Counted from the whole stretch's first letter, positions 51,376-63,641 are shown. The stretch: 63,641 nt of DNA, filler included, from Octopus bimaculoides (GCF_001194135.2; 8 parts of 8 records of this genome joined end to end with filler, not necessarily neighbours in it), one strand, 5' to 3'. The notes: a model not told the origin generated them from the letters alone. Numbers and translations are program-made.

Positions 51376-51664
51376 ACAACGCTTCATTTTCGGTAACTTG
51401 GTCTAATCAGGTGTAAGTAGGTATCAAGTAGTTTCGTCGCACGGTATTGTCAGTAGCAAGGATAATGCATGACTGGCTGGCAGAGGTTTCAAATATTTGC
51501 ACGGACTGATCTGGAATCCCTTTGATAACTTTAGTTGGATTGATATATCTAAGTCAGAGTGTGGAATTCCTCACTTGCAATTAAATTTTAAATTATCTCT
51601 AAAAATCCATATGACAAAAAGTTCTTTAAGATCAAAGCAGTGATTTAATGTACGTAAAATATCT

Positions 51665-52025
51665 TTTATCACTTACTTGTTTCAGTCATTGGACTGCGGT
51701 CAAACTGGATCACCGACTTGCTGGAGTTTTTAGTTGAACTAATCGATTGCACTACTTTTCTCAAGCCCGGTTCTTACTCTATCAGTCTCTTTGCCGATCC
51801 TCTAAGTTATGGACGTAAACACACCAACACCGATTGTCAAGCGGCAAGGGAAGACACACACACACATTTCCGTCTGCCAAATCCACTCACAAGGTTTTGG
51901 TCGGCCAGGGAATATAGTAGAAGATATTTACCTAAGGTGCCACACAGTGGAACTGAACCCGGAACTATGTGGTTGGGAAGCAAATTTCTTACCACACGGC
52001 CACATCTGCATCTATATACAGCCAC
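51665..52025 (-). mobile_element. SINE family B, complete
   Basis: Head at 51865-52025 (GGCTGTATAT..GTGTGGTAAGAAATTTGCTTCCCAACCAC..GGTTCAGTTCCAC); tail at 51665-51850. Confidence 0.85.
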
Positions 52026-52306
52026 GCCATCGCCTACACTATTACATATTCCTTATTCTACTCAACACAAATGCTCCCTAAGGTTCTTATATACTTTATA
52101 CTTTCATTTCGCCTTTATTACTAAATTTTCCACCTCTTGCACACAAGGCGTTTTATATGGAAACGAAACATTCAATGTTATCTCAACAGCTAAACTAATT
52201 TAAAACATTTTTATGTTTTAAGAATTTCTTGTTTTCTGAGGAGATATGCAATTGTTTAAATAGACTATGGAAAATGTTAACCACTCTAAATAGATAAATA
52301 AATAAT

Positions 52307-52695
52307 CAGGCGTCACTGTATGGTAAGAAGCTGGCTTCCCAACCACGTGGTTCTGGGTTCAGTCCCACTGCGTGACACCTTGGGCAAGTGTCTTTTACTA
52401 TAGCCCCAGGCTGACCAAAGCCTTGTGAGTGGATTTGGTAGACGAAAACTGAAAGAAGCCAGTCGTATACATATGTGTGTGTGCGTGTTTCTTTGTGTTT
52501 GTACCTACCACCGCTTGTCAACCGCTGTTGGTGTGCTTACGTCCCCTTAAGTTAGCGGTTCAGTAAAAGAGATTGATAGAATAAGTACCAGGCTTTAAAA
52601 AATAAGTACCGGGGGTCGATTGATTCGACTAAAAATTATTCAAGGCTATGTCCCAGCATGGCCACAGTTTAATGATTGACACAAGTAAAAGATAA
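52307..52695 (+). mobile_element. SINE family B, complete
   Basis: tRNA-like head TGGTAAGAAG..GGGTTCAGTCCC; core CACCTTGGGCAAGTGTCTT; tail ending (TAAA)n. Confidence 0.9.
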
Positions 52696-52697
52696 AA

Positions 52698-52744
<47 letters not shown>

Positions 52745-53039
52745 AAGATAACTATGTTCCTGACTTTGATATTTTCTCCATTTGTAACGTAAGATGCTAT
52801 TAAAAGTTATGTCCCGAGAGAAAAACAAGTAAATTATGAAATTTATAAAACCACGTAAAAGTGAAATAAACGTCGGAGATGCTCTGCCCCACACAGAAAC
52901 TGCCCTCAGCTACTCAGAGGTATTGCATGCTCTTCTGAATCCATCGTAATGTTGGAAACCTATCCGTATTATCGGCAGGTATTTGAGTGTCACCACCTTT
53001 AATCTATATAAGCTCTCCTGAGAGGATCAGTGAAGACTG

Positions 53040-53190
53040 AAAGAATGAACGGCAAAGTCGACCTCGGCGGAATTTGAATTCAGAACGTAAAGACGGACGA
53101 AATGCGTATATATGGGTGAAAATGAGCTGCTTGGCGGAGGTCTGCGCTCTCTGAATTAGTATTTTTGCCCGGCGTGCTAACGATTCAGCC
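53040..53190 (-). mobile_element. SINE family A 5' half with a 51-bp insertion
   Basis: GCAAAGTCGACCTCGGCGGAATTTGAA..GACGGACGAAATGC [insert 53106-53156] TTTTTGCCCGGCGTGCTAACGATTC. Confidence 0.85.
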
Positions 53191-53499
53191 CGCTCGCTAT
53201 CTTATTTTTTATATTTCAAATTTGCTCATTAGACAAAGTTATTCCGCACTTAATAATCCAAGGTAGTTTTTAGATATAATATTTTTAATGTTTCAGTGTG
53301 AGTGAAAGGAAATTTGACTGCACTTTCTAGCAGCAGTGTGAAGCGTCTACGTAGATGAGGTGCTCTCGTGTTGGCTTCGACTGTTCATAACGTTTTTCTT
53401 AGCAAATATGAAAACATGACACAAACTGACTAAAAAAAACATAACTAGACTCATAAGTAAATGAAAATGAGAGAAGAATATTAATTGAAAATATGAACA

Positions 53500-53995
53500 A
53501 ACTAGAAAAGCATTCGGAGAGCGCAGACCTCCGCCAAGCAGCTCATTTTCACCCATATACACGCATGCTGAAAATCGCCCAATTTCCCAAACCAACGCCG
53601 GCAAAAATATAACCTTATAGGAAAGTGGGTTATACATCATTAGATGTATACCTGACTTTCCTATATAAAATTAGAAATACAACGGAACGCTGAACTCCAG
53701 ACTATCAACTTAAACAACATTTATTCAGGTGGTAAATATATATATCTTTAGCTCTTGTTGTTACAGCTTCTGTGTGTGTGAGCATGGTTGTTGGTATGTT
53801 GGTATGTATATGTAAGCGAGCTGTCTAGCGTAGTTCGAAAGATGGAGAGAGACAGCTAAACACGTCCATGCTCAATCGCTGGCCAGCAAGAAAGAGACAG
53901 AATGAAGCGGGAAAGTTTGCTTGTTGAATTCCACGCATGCGTGAGACTACGCATGCGCACGGCGTTACTACAACCTCCTTGGCGGGGGTAAAATA
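53500..53995 (+). mobile_element. Helentron-associated (HINE-like) non-autonomous element
   Basis: 5' ACTAGAAAAGCATTCGGAGAGCGCAGACCTCCGCCAAG and 3' AACCTCCTTGGCGGGGGTAA form subterminal inverted repeats. The family label is from recalled resemblance. Confidence 0.55.
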
Positions 53996-54464
53996 AATAA
54001 CACAGCCATATGATTTTAAGAAAGAAAAAACCTTTAAAAACAGGAATCATCTGAAGCAGTTCACAACCACCAACATCATCAGCAGTATTGTCATTACTTC
54101 CACGTCAACCACATACCCCACCATCAATGTTATCATCACGGTTACCTTGACAGTCACTTTCACCACCACAACCAGTATAACCACCACAATACCACCATCA
54201 ACACAACTAACACTATCATCAACACCACTATTACCACCATCACCTCAGCATCACACATCACACCGCTCCTGTCGCCATTATAACCACCGATACTATTTTA
54301 TCCTCCTTCCATACTTATTTCGACTGTCGTCATCATCAACACTGTCTCTAAACAGCAACGCCACTATAGGTTACGTGGAAACGATGTGTTTTCAAGGGAG
54401 ATAATCAAAGAATGTAACATTGTGATACTTCATGTAAAGTAAATATAACAAATGAAAAATCCTT

Positions 54465-54650
54465 CAAGAATCCATAAAAATTCCTGAATCACTACCAAAA
54501 TTTCATCATCTGTTCCTTGTGTTATTACCAACTTTTTCTGCAGGTTTTAACAAATACCGTTCACAACTTATTGAGTTATTTTGCACACGAACAGACGGAC
54601 AAACCAACGGCAATGAAAACATGACCCCCTTCCTTGGCAGAGGTAAAAAA
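54465..54650 (+). mobile_element. HINE-like element, 3' end
   Basis: GAATCACTACCAAAATTTCATCATCTGTTCCTTG..GACAAACCAACGGCAATGAAAACATGACC..CCTTGGCAGAGGTAA. Confidence 0.55.
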
Positions 54651-55278
54651 AAAACATTTGCCGCTATTATTGAACTACAGATGAAAAAGAAAACGAAAGA
54701 GGGAGTAGAAAGATGAATGTACGTTAAATACACGAATTACAACTCCATGGGAAATCCACCATCTTGAACAGTTGATTGTGGTTTGTTATTAGCTCGACTT
54801 ACGTTAAATTTGATGCAGTCTTAATAACCCATGACCCCATCTGGCGTTAGGATAAGAAGAAAGACTCATAAATCAAGTAACTAGGATTAGCCATACATTA
54901 AATAATGAAACATAGCTAGAAAAATTTTCTTAGAGAATTCATTCATACATTCTACAATGTGTGAAAGATTAGATTAATTGATAAGCTCTGCTATACATAA
55001 TGTAATTTTTCTCGCTGCACTCTAATTTCTAAAATGTACACTGTCGCATGAATTACTTTGGATGTTGACAAATATGGAGGCTGAACAACTGAAAGAAACA
55101 GAAACTTTCAAAAAGCACAAACGTTAATGATACTCAAATAAACTGAAAGCTCACTTCTCCGGTTGTTAAACTTGTATTTAATTGTTGTGTGCAAGGTATA
55201 ATTCCAAAAGTATTTTGAAGCAAGAACTGATTTGATATGTGCGCGCCTGCGTGCGTCTGTGTATGTCTATATATATGT

Positions 55279-55372
<94 letters not shown>

Positions 55373-55749
55373 GTGTGTGTGATGCATACTCATACAAAAT
55401 ATCCCAGTGACTTACAGATTTATCTTACATTACTTCAAACTGTACAATATTTTGAAGGCGACGAGTTATTCAAAGCATATAACACAGGGGAATTATTTTG
55501 AACATACTTTCATAATTTCAGTTGAGTTTGCTTCTTCACTTGATTTAGACTAAAACTGGTATGCAGATTCCAAAGTTACTGTCAATTTTCTTCTATCGAG
55601 TCAAGTTTTTTTCTACAGATTACTCTCTGAATAAGTACATTTGTATTGTCTGTCCGTAAGTAATAGAGCTGGTCAGCTGCTTTTCTTATTTTATTGATAA
55701 CACTGAAGAACATCTTCGGAAAGAGTGTTTAGTTGTCTTGCTCTTTACA

Positions 55750-57250
55750 ATAAGTCCTATCTTATTTGATGGTATTGGGTTCATAAATGCCCTCAGAAAT
55801 GTTGTATCACGTCAAGTTTCAAGTTTTTTGTTAAACAGGAATTCATTTTTTCACCAAAATATGTCGAATTTGTTATTAAATGCAATACTGAAATAAAAAA
55901 AAATACAAACACAAACCATATAGTACTTTTTATTGTTTAACAAATATATTACACAAAATGTTTCATTACACATCTTAGGAGAGATATTGGGTTGTCCGGA
56001 AAGTTCGTGCCGATTTATAGTAGCTTACCTTTCGACTTATTTGACATGAAACAACCTCAATTCTGGGAAGAGGGTATTTTCAAGTTAAAGGAAAGATGGA
56101 GACGCATTATTCAACAAAATGGTTCATATTTGGTTGATTAAAAATGTAATGGCAAGTATTTATTGACTTTTTTCTTTCCTTTAAAAATCGGCACGAACTT
56201 TTCGGACAACCCAATATTTCTGTCAAACTGGAATTTTAACTACTCAAGGAGTGAACTTTCTCTTTGCTACTTTGCGTGAATAACTTACATCATGACAGTC
56301 TCTTTGCAGAAACCAGCAGTAATCAGCCATCATGTTTGTGTTCCAGCTGCCTTGATACATAGTCTCTATGATCCCAATGTCTTGATGGTATCTTTCTCCT
56401 TACTCATCAATTATTGCACTTACGATTTTCAAGGAAGAAGTCTATGTTGCAGCCCAGTGCTCGAAAACTGCTTAACGGAACCTGCACAAGTTCTTCATAA
56501 TTTAATGATTTCTTATTTCCCAAGAAACCAGATACAGCTGCAGCAAAAGCATTCCATGTTTCTTTTTCAACACCAAACATGATCTCTAGAAACTGTTCGT
56601 CCTGCAATAATCTGTGGCCCGTCGAATACACCAACCTTAATTTTCTTACAAGACGAAGCTGGGAACTTTCTTCTTAAGTACTTGAAACAGTCACTGCCTC
56701 AGTGTTTCGACACGTTTTACACACTGTATAGGGTGCCCAGTTTCATGCCAAATTAATTCATGTAAGCTTTCTTCAGAAGATCTTTCATTTTGTTTTGCTG
56801 CCTAGGCAAAGTGTAACATCTACAAATATAGCAGAAAACAGCTGCGCTGTTTTTGCACTTTCTTCTTCACCATATTTCTGAAATAGAAAACATATATTCA
56901 AGCCAGTTATCACCTGGGAAAAGCATTTTCAGAATTGCCATCAGTTATAAATGTAGAATTGTTATGGCAAAGTTCCATAAAGAGCAAACATACCATGAAG
57001 TTTTATTTTTACAGTTCGTTGACCATGCTTGACAAAAAGTGATCTTGGCCCATCTTACCTCCCAATTAAACTGTTGTAATCCATTGTCGGGATTTTATAA
57101 CGTCCACTCCGGTATAGCAGTATAGTTATACAAGTAAAGACATGACTATCTACGACCCACTTCGCCGACTCTCGACCACTCGACTTCCTACGACACAGTA
57201 TTTGTAACGATTATCATATACCATTCGTCACGTGGGAGGGGTGTTCCATT
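55750..57250 (-). mobile_element. Internally deleted Chapaev3-like (CMC superfamily) transposon
   Basis: N-terminal Cys-rich RKCKNSAAVFCYICRCYT..KAYMN*FGMKLG..VCKTC (56700-56870) joined to C-terminal KIKVGVFDGP..WNAFAAAVSGFLGNKKSLNYEELV..FRALGCN (56300-56650). Ends are approximate. The superfamily assignment is from memory of the motifs. Confidence 0.6.
55987..56214 (+). mobile_element. Internally deleted mariner element (MITE-like) with TA duplication
   Basis: TA|TTGGGTTGTCCGGAAAGTTCGTGCCGATTT..AAATCGGCACGAACTTTTCGGACAACCCAA|TA. It keeps the transposase C-terminus YFDMKQPQFWEEGIFKLKERWRRIIQQNGSYLVD*. Confidence 0.9.
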
Positions 57251-57834
57251 ATTATCCCCATAACATAAACATTAAGGGCGCGTTGAAAATAACAATTTTC
57301 ATAAGAAATAGTTAAAGGTTCAACAAAACATGTCTTACCTGTTTGCAATGATTGTCATACTAAATCAAGCATAGCGTGAGCATATCTGCAGACAAATTCC
57401 ACAAATATGAGATGCATTCCCGCCCATTTTGGATGAGAATACTGAATGTTACACGAAACTATGCGGGATATCAGGCTAAATAATTATACAGATCATAGGA
57501 GGTAACTTCAAAGAACATCTTGTTTCCCCCCTTGCTTAATAATTCCTGGGATTTTTGCAAGGAAGTGCGTTCACCATGTATTAATTAATTCATCAAACAT
57601 CTTATGTGAGAAAAGTCATTCACGTCAAAATTTATAAATAATTTATAAATTTAAATACACAATTATATGCACATGCACATCCATGCAAAATATATACACA
57701 CATTCACATACATACAGGCATACACTCACACCCACGCGCAGACACACACACACACACATACATACATACATACATACATACATACATACATACATGCATG
57801 CATGTAATTCCTAATAAACAAACGGGACAGAGAG

Positions 57835-58780
57835 GTGGGCAAAGCGCCACAATGTAATAATCGATGCAGACTCTGTGGAATCAGTACCGAAGATATCACC
57901 CACATCATTAGCAGCTGTCCAAAAATGTCATCACGGTATTACCTACCTATGAGACATGACGTTGTGGCCAAGACACTGTACAATGAAATCCGCCGACAGG
58001 ATAACCCCGGGGCTAAGGAGATGAAAACCCATAATGAGGTAGAGGCCATTACCACTCACAANNNNNNNNNNNNNNNNNNNNNNNNNNNNNNNNNNNNNNN
58101 NNNNNNNNNNNNNNNNNNNNNNNNNNNNNNNNNNNNNNNNNNNNNNNNNNNNNNNNNNNNNNNNNNNNNNNNNNNNNNNNNNNNNNNNNNNNNNNNNNNN
58201 NNNNNNNNNNNNNNNNNNNNNNNNNNNNNNNNNNNNNNNNNNNNNNNNNNNNNNNNNNNNNNNNNNNNNNNNNNNNNNNNNNNNNNNNNNNNNNNNNNNN
58301 NNNNNNNNNNNNNNNNNNNNNNNNNNNNNNNNNNNNNNNNNNNNNNNNNNNNNNNNNNNNNNNNNNNNNNNNNNNNNNNNNNNNNNNNNNNNNNNNNNNN
58401 NNNNNNNNNNNNNNNNNNNNNNNAAAAACCTGGAAAAATTAGGGTTCTCAAAACTTGAAAGAAAAAGGCTGATTAGAAGACTACAGATTCAAGCCATCAA
58501 TGGAACTGTAAAGATATGTAAAACTTTCCAAAAATTTAGCACATAAATACATATGCATGCATCTAGACATGAAAATATATGCATAAAAACGCATCCATAA
58601 AACAAACATACAAATCTGCGCATACACTAACACCAAATACTGCACACACACACACATGCACAAATACCTAGATGATGTTTATAAAAGTTCCGATGAAGGA
58701 ACCTTGAATCTATATTAGAGTCCGGCTCTTTCTCTATGGACAAGAAATACAGAAATGAAACTGATTGATAACATACATAC
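57835..58780 (+). mobile_element. R4/Dong-like 3' fragment spanning a gap
   Basis: CRLCGISTEDITHIISSCPKMSSRYYLPMRHDVVAK. After the gap: IQAINGTVKICKTFQKF* and a 3' UTR. Confidence 0.75.
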
Positions 58781-59208
58781 ATGATGGCTGCATTATGCGT
58801 TTTGTTCGCATTTTTTAGTATGTGAACATAAATGTGACGTTCCACACATTTTGACGCCAAACTTGGCCCATGGAGTTGTAAATTCATAACTTCATGTATA
58901 TATGTATTTTTCTCGTGATGTTATGAATATGTGCAATGCACACATATCTGTGAAATAAAGGAATACAGCATAAGTTTATGGGGGCATATATCTTTCATGT
59001 ATAATGTTCACGTAATGCTTATAATCGATGTCCAGAGAAAAACTTATCAAGGTTGGAGGGATGGCAAAGTGGGTGGGAAGCACGCTTGTTTGTACATGCA
59101 GGATGAGAAAGCTTTCTCCTTGGTATTTAAAATATTTATTGCTGATGCTATGACTTTTAGTTTTTCGGTAATGCAGAGATCGCATTTGCTACCCCGTTCC
59201 CTGAATGG

Positions 59209-59252
<44 letters not shown>

Positions 59253-61345
59253 NNNNNNNNNNNNNNNNNNNNNNNNNNNNNNNNNNNNNNNNNNNNTTAA
59301 TTAATTAANNNNNNNNNNNNNNNNNNNNNNNNNNNNNNNNNNNNNNNNNNNNACATATATTATGTATATATGTACGTATATATGAATGTGTGTGTGTATG
59401 TATTGCATCCGGACAATCCTCCCTAGCATTCGTATTGTCTATTTTTCATTTGATTTCGCTATGAAGTTATGCTTTATAGAACGGTAATACCTCTCATTCT
59501 CTCTCCCCAAATCTCTCTTCTCTCCGTCTCTCTTCTTCACCCTCTCGTCCTCATATCTCTCTATTTTTCTCCCTTTTGCACTCTCCCCACTCTCTCCCCC
59601 CCCTCTCTCTGTTTTACTTTTCTTCTTCCTGAACACTTCAGGAAATTATTGACTACCAACTGAATTTGATTGATATTAATTGTCACGCTATGATAGTTTG
59701 GAAGCATAGCCAGCATTCGTGTTAAGGAAGAACTTAATTGCTATTTCATGTTTTTCAACAGAGAACGCTTACATTTCTGTCAGTGTAATCATATACACAG
59801 GGTGCGGAAAAAATATTTTGCTATGCATTACATCATTAAGAGATAAATACTACATGTACTTCGTCTCGTATCCTTAAGAACAAAGTTACTAAACGGTTTT
59901 AACGCTATAATTTTTGATTCGTCGAGTGTCTTTCGACCGAGTTTACTTTCGACGGGCAAGAATTTTGTGGGTCGTCATTCGAATTGATACTGTATGTAGG
60001 AACCTGTGAAGTTTCAATATAAAATTCGATCTCAGTATTGCAAGATAACTAATTATATGTTATTTAAACTCCGATGTCGTCACAGAGATTTCAACAACAG
60101 TCTGCAAGAGGGAGTCTAGTTCAGACATTTTTTTCATTAATAAATATAATTCATAAAATCGTTCCTCTCGCATTGCGCATTCAGGTTTTCTTTGTGACAC
60201 ACCCAGCCTCCAAATAATGCCGTATATATATATATATNNNNNNNNNNNNNNNNNNNNNNNNNNNNNNNNNNNNNNNNNNNNNNNNNNNNNNNNNNNNNNN
60301 NNNNNNNNNNNNNNNNNNNNNNNNNNNNNNNNNNNNNNNNNNNNNNNNNNNNNNNNNNNNNNNNNNNNNNNNNNNNNNNNNNNNNNNNNNNNNNNNNNNN
60401 NNNNNNNNNNNNNNNNNNNNNNNNNNNNNNNNNNNNNNNNNNNNNNNNNNNNNNNNNNNNNNNNNNNNNNNNNNNNNNNNNNNNNNNNNNNNNNNNNNNN
60501 NNNNNNNNNNNNNNNNNNNNNNNNNNNNNNNNNNNNNNNNNNNNNNNNNNNNNNNNNNNNNNNNNNNNNNNNNNNNNNNNNNNNNNNNNNNNNNNNNNNN
60601 NNNNNNNNNNNNNNNNNNNNNNNNNNNNNNNNNNNNNNNNNNNNNNNNNNNNNNNNNNNNNNNNNNNNNNNNNNNNNNNNNNNNNNNNNNNNNNNNNNNN
60701 NNNNNNNNNNNNNNNNNNNNNNNNNNNNNNNNNNNNNNNNNNNNNNNNNNNNNNNNNNNNNNNNNNNNNNNNNNNNNNNNNNNNNNNNNNNNNNNNNNNN
60801 NNNNNNNNNNNNNNNNNNNNNNNNNNNNNNNNNNNNNNNNNNNNNNNNNNNNNNNNNNNNNNNNNNNNNNNNNNNNNNNNNNNNNNNNNNNNNNNNNNNN
60901 NNNNNNNNNNNNNNNNNNNNNNNNNNNNNNNNNNNNNNNNNNNNNNNNNNNNNNNNNNNNNNNNNNNNNNNNNNNNNNNNNNNNNNNNNNNNNNNNNNNN
61001 NNNNNNNNNNNNNNNNNNNNNNNNNNNNNNNNNNNNNNNNNNNNNNNNNNNNNTATATAGTTTTAGGGAAAAGAACCAAGGTTCATGAACTCATCGATGA
61101 AAATCCACTATCACATATAGAAAAATTAATAATTAAAAGCACAATAAATGAGTATAAAATAATACAACACTAGCATACATAATCCTCACTTACATACATA
61201 CATACATACACTGACGCACACACTTTAGCCATGTTACTGTTGTCTTCCTTCTATTCTGCCACTTCCTTTCAGTCAATTCAACATGTGAAACCGTTAATCC
61301 AGACACGTTTTTTTTTTCCCACTTCAATTTCTTTTCCCATTCCGT

Positions 61346-61379
61346 CTGTCAAAGAGCGTAGGCTCGAAGCTTGAAAGAC
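61346..61379 (+). ncRNA. Degenerate hammerhead-like motif, same family as 5394-5433
   Basis: CTGTCAA-A-GAGC(GTAG)GCTC-GAAG-CTTG-AAAGAC. Confidence 0.35.
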
Positions 61380-61567
61380 TTTTTTTCCATTTCTCTTGAA
61401 TATCAAACTAATAAAACTTGTTTGTTGCTTTTTGTACATTTGAACTATATATATATATATATACATAATGTTCTTTGTTCAGATATTTCCTGAATTATTG
61501 ATCTTAATCTTTAATCATTAATCTCTGATCGATGCAGTCAATGTTCTCAAGAATACGAAACATTGAT

Positions 61568-61611
<44 letters not shown>

Positions 61612-61843
61612 GTANNNNNNNNNNNNNNNNNNNNNNNNNNNNNNNNNNNNNNNNNNNNTTAATTAATTAANNNNNNNNNNNNNNNNNNNNNNNNNNNNNN
61701 NNNNNNNNNNNNNNCACATTGGTTTTGCAGGAATATAAATAAAACATAAAGAACAGACAGTGTTGGAACTATTTCAAACAAAATAATATATTCCTCTATA
61801 CACAATCATACAAAACCCCTTTTTTTGTATTTATTTTTACTCG

Positions 61844-61876
<33 letters not shown>

Positions 61877-61919
61877 ATATAATATATATGTATAATATAG
61901 ATAACATATATATGCATAT

Positions 61920-61981
<62 letters not shown>

Positions 61982-61983
<2 letters not shown>

Positions 61984-62278
61984 GCAAAGGACTTTGATAA
62001 AGTCGATCATGGCTTCATGACTTTCTGAAGGGTAGAAGTCAGGTGGTAGTAGCCAATGGGGCCACCTCCAATGACATGCAAATAGTGAGCGGTGTTCCGC
62101 AAGGCACTGTTTTGGGACCACTACTGTTCATAATGACCCTCTCAGACATGCCCGCAGCCACACAGCGAGCCACAATCACAAGTTATGCAGATGGTACAAA
62201 AGTCTCACAGGTAATACAGAACCCTGAAGACACTATGCACATGCAATGTGAGCTGGATGAAATATACAAGTGAGCTGT
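61982..62278 (+). pseudogene. CR1/L2-type LINE RT fragment
   Basis: AKDFDKVDH..GRSQVVVANG..SGVPQGTVLGPLLFIM..SYADGTK..ELDEIYK*. Confidence 0.85.
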
Positions 62279-62630
62279 AACCCTAACTCTAAAACCTGAA
62301 CCCTAACCCTAACCCTAAAACCCTAAAGCTAAAACCAGTACAAACGCACGAACAATGTCATAACAGTGGTTAACGAAATATAGACCGCCAATAGTTGTTG
62401 TTGACAAACAATGGCAGTAATTGTTTTCACCTCAATAGACGTCATTGATTGGTTGAAATTACCGAAATACGACGACTTTAACACAAAATAACTTTGAAAA
62501 TAAAGAATTTTCTTAAAAACGCCAAGAGTAAATGATGTTTTAAATGACACATTCTACTAGTATACGAAATTTGAAAGTGTTTAGTTACAAAAATTTTTTT
62601 TTCTATGTGCCGGCCAAAAGGAAAAGATCC
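62278..62630. mobile_element. Arm of a non-autonomous element beginning with degenerate (CCCTAA)n
   Basis: TAACCCTAACTCTAAAACCTGAACCCTAACCCTAACCCTAAAACCCTAA followed by a unique arm ending GGAAAAGATCC. Confidence 0.4.
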
Positions 62631-63610
62631 GCATTCTCTTATTATGATTATTCTAAGTAAATTTTATTTGTACTCTTTATTTTATTTTATTTTACTTTTA
62701 TTTTATTCTTATCTTTATTGTTTATTGTCCTTTATTTCTTTGCATGCCCTTACAGCACGTAGGCTAACTCATTGAGCTACCCAGTCTATCTTATCTAATA
62801 ACAGATGCCATTGCCTGAAACCTTTGCCTTCCTATGGTTAGGATGTGAGTTTTTTATCTTTCTCTATCTGTTAGAGGTGTGGACAGATTTATTACCTCAT
62901 ATATTTAACATAGAAATAATATTGCCCAGCAATGGGATGATTGAGTCAATATGCATTCTTTCTTCTTTGTGTGAAAAATCCTAAATGTTAAATTTTAATT
63001 CACCTGAAGAAAACGGATTTTTTGCATGATGTAATTGATTTGTTCATCAATAAAAGCTATGTCTGAAGCAGCTGTACTGAACCTCTGCCCATTTGTGCTA
63101 TTGTGTGTGTGTGTGTGTGTATGTGAAGGTATGTATTTATATATGCATTCACAAGCACATACATACATACCGCATATTTACAGTGATCCAGTTGTATATA
63201 TCTCTCTATAGTTTAAAACTCACATATAGTATGCAGTCAGTTCATGTTTCAAATTCACTGAAAAAAAAAAAAATTAACATGATTGAGCTCACTCTCAACA
63301 AGCTTGGGTAACTTGTACACCTACCTCAAATCAACCAAGTCAGATAAACATGAACTCAGCCTCTTTGACTGCCTATGAAAGAATTTGAAGCTATTAGTAA
63401 CATTACCTGATGATCTTCTATAGTTGTAAAAAATATATGACTTAACTCTACTTTTATTATATTGAGTGCTGTGCACTATGTTATATGATTCTTGTTTAAT
63501 CATACATACACTCACACACATATGCATATATGTGTGAATGTGTGCATGTATATACATGTGCATGTGTGTATGTGAGTATATGTATGTATGTATGTATGTA
63601 TATATGTATA

Positions 63611-63641
<31 letters not shown>

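Noticed and set aside
52307-52370. SINE heads as tRNA genes
   Set aside because: They lack a full cloverleaf and continue into SINE bodies.
58686-58730. CCGATGAAGGA..TCC as a hammerhead
   Set aside because: No GAAA; it is part of a Dong 3' UTR.
63005-63098. Minus-strand exon-like frame TNGQRFSTAASDIAFIDEQINYIMQKIRFLQ|GTGAAT
   Set aside because: The acceptor side overlaps the dispersed hairpin repeat arm, there is no pyrimidine tract, and I recognise no homology.

Overview
This is a gapped, AT-rich, microsatellite-saturated animal genomic window. The SINE families and the 100-nt gap spacers carrying TTAATTAATTAA suggest an octopod/coleoid draft assembly; that is my inference, not a database result. 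I see no intact host protein-coding gene. Nearly all ORFs in the track are microsatellite or N-gap artefacts, or decayed transposon fragments. Recognisable content: (1) R4/Dong-like non-LTR retrotransposons with a restriction-like endonuclease (RLE), namely one near-full-length decayed copy at about 22.9-26.7 kb and at least seven fragments, most bounded by (TAA)n on one or both sides; (2) a non-coding, (TAA)n-embedded element in four copies, two of them internally deleted but keeping both ends, which may be a non-autonomous Dong partner; (3) three Penelope-like GIY-YIG remnants, each followed by a degenerate minimal hammerhead-ribozyme motif, plus three stand-alone hammerhead-like motifs; (4) RTE, CRE and CR1/L2-type LINE remnants; (5) Tc1, mariner, pogo/Tigger, hAT-type, Chapaev-like and Helitron/Helentron-type DNA elements and palindromic MITEs; (6) about 20 copies or fragments of three tRNA-derived SINE families. 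The contig at 15.3-19.8 kb shows strong CpG decay in its SINE copy and holds a candidate terminal exon, so a methylated host gene body may pass through it. Several local templated or duplicative repair signatures are also visible. I found no convincing wholly novel enzymatic system. The best leads are the TAA-targeted Dong plus non-autonomous element cluster and the hammerhead series.
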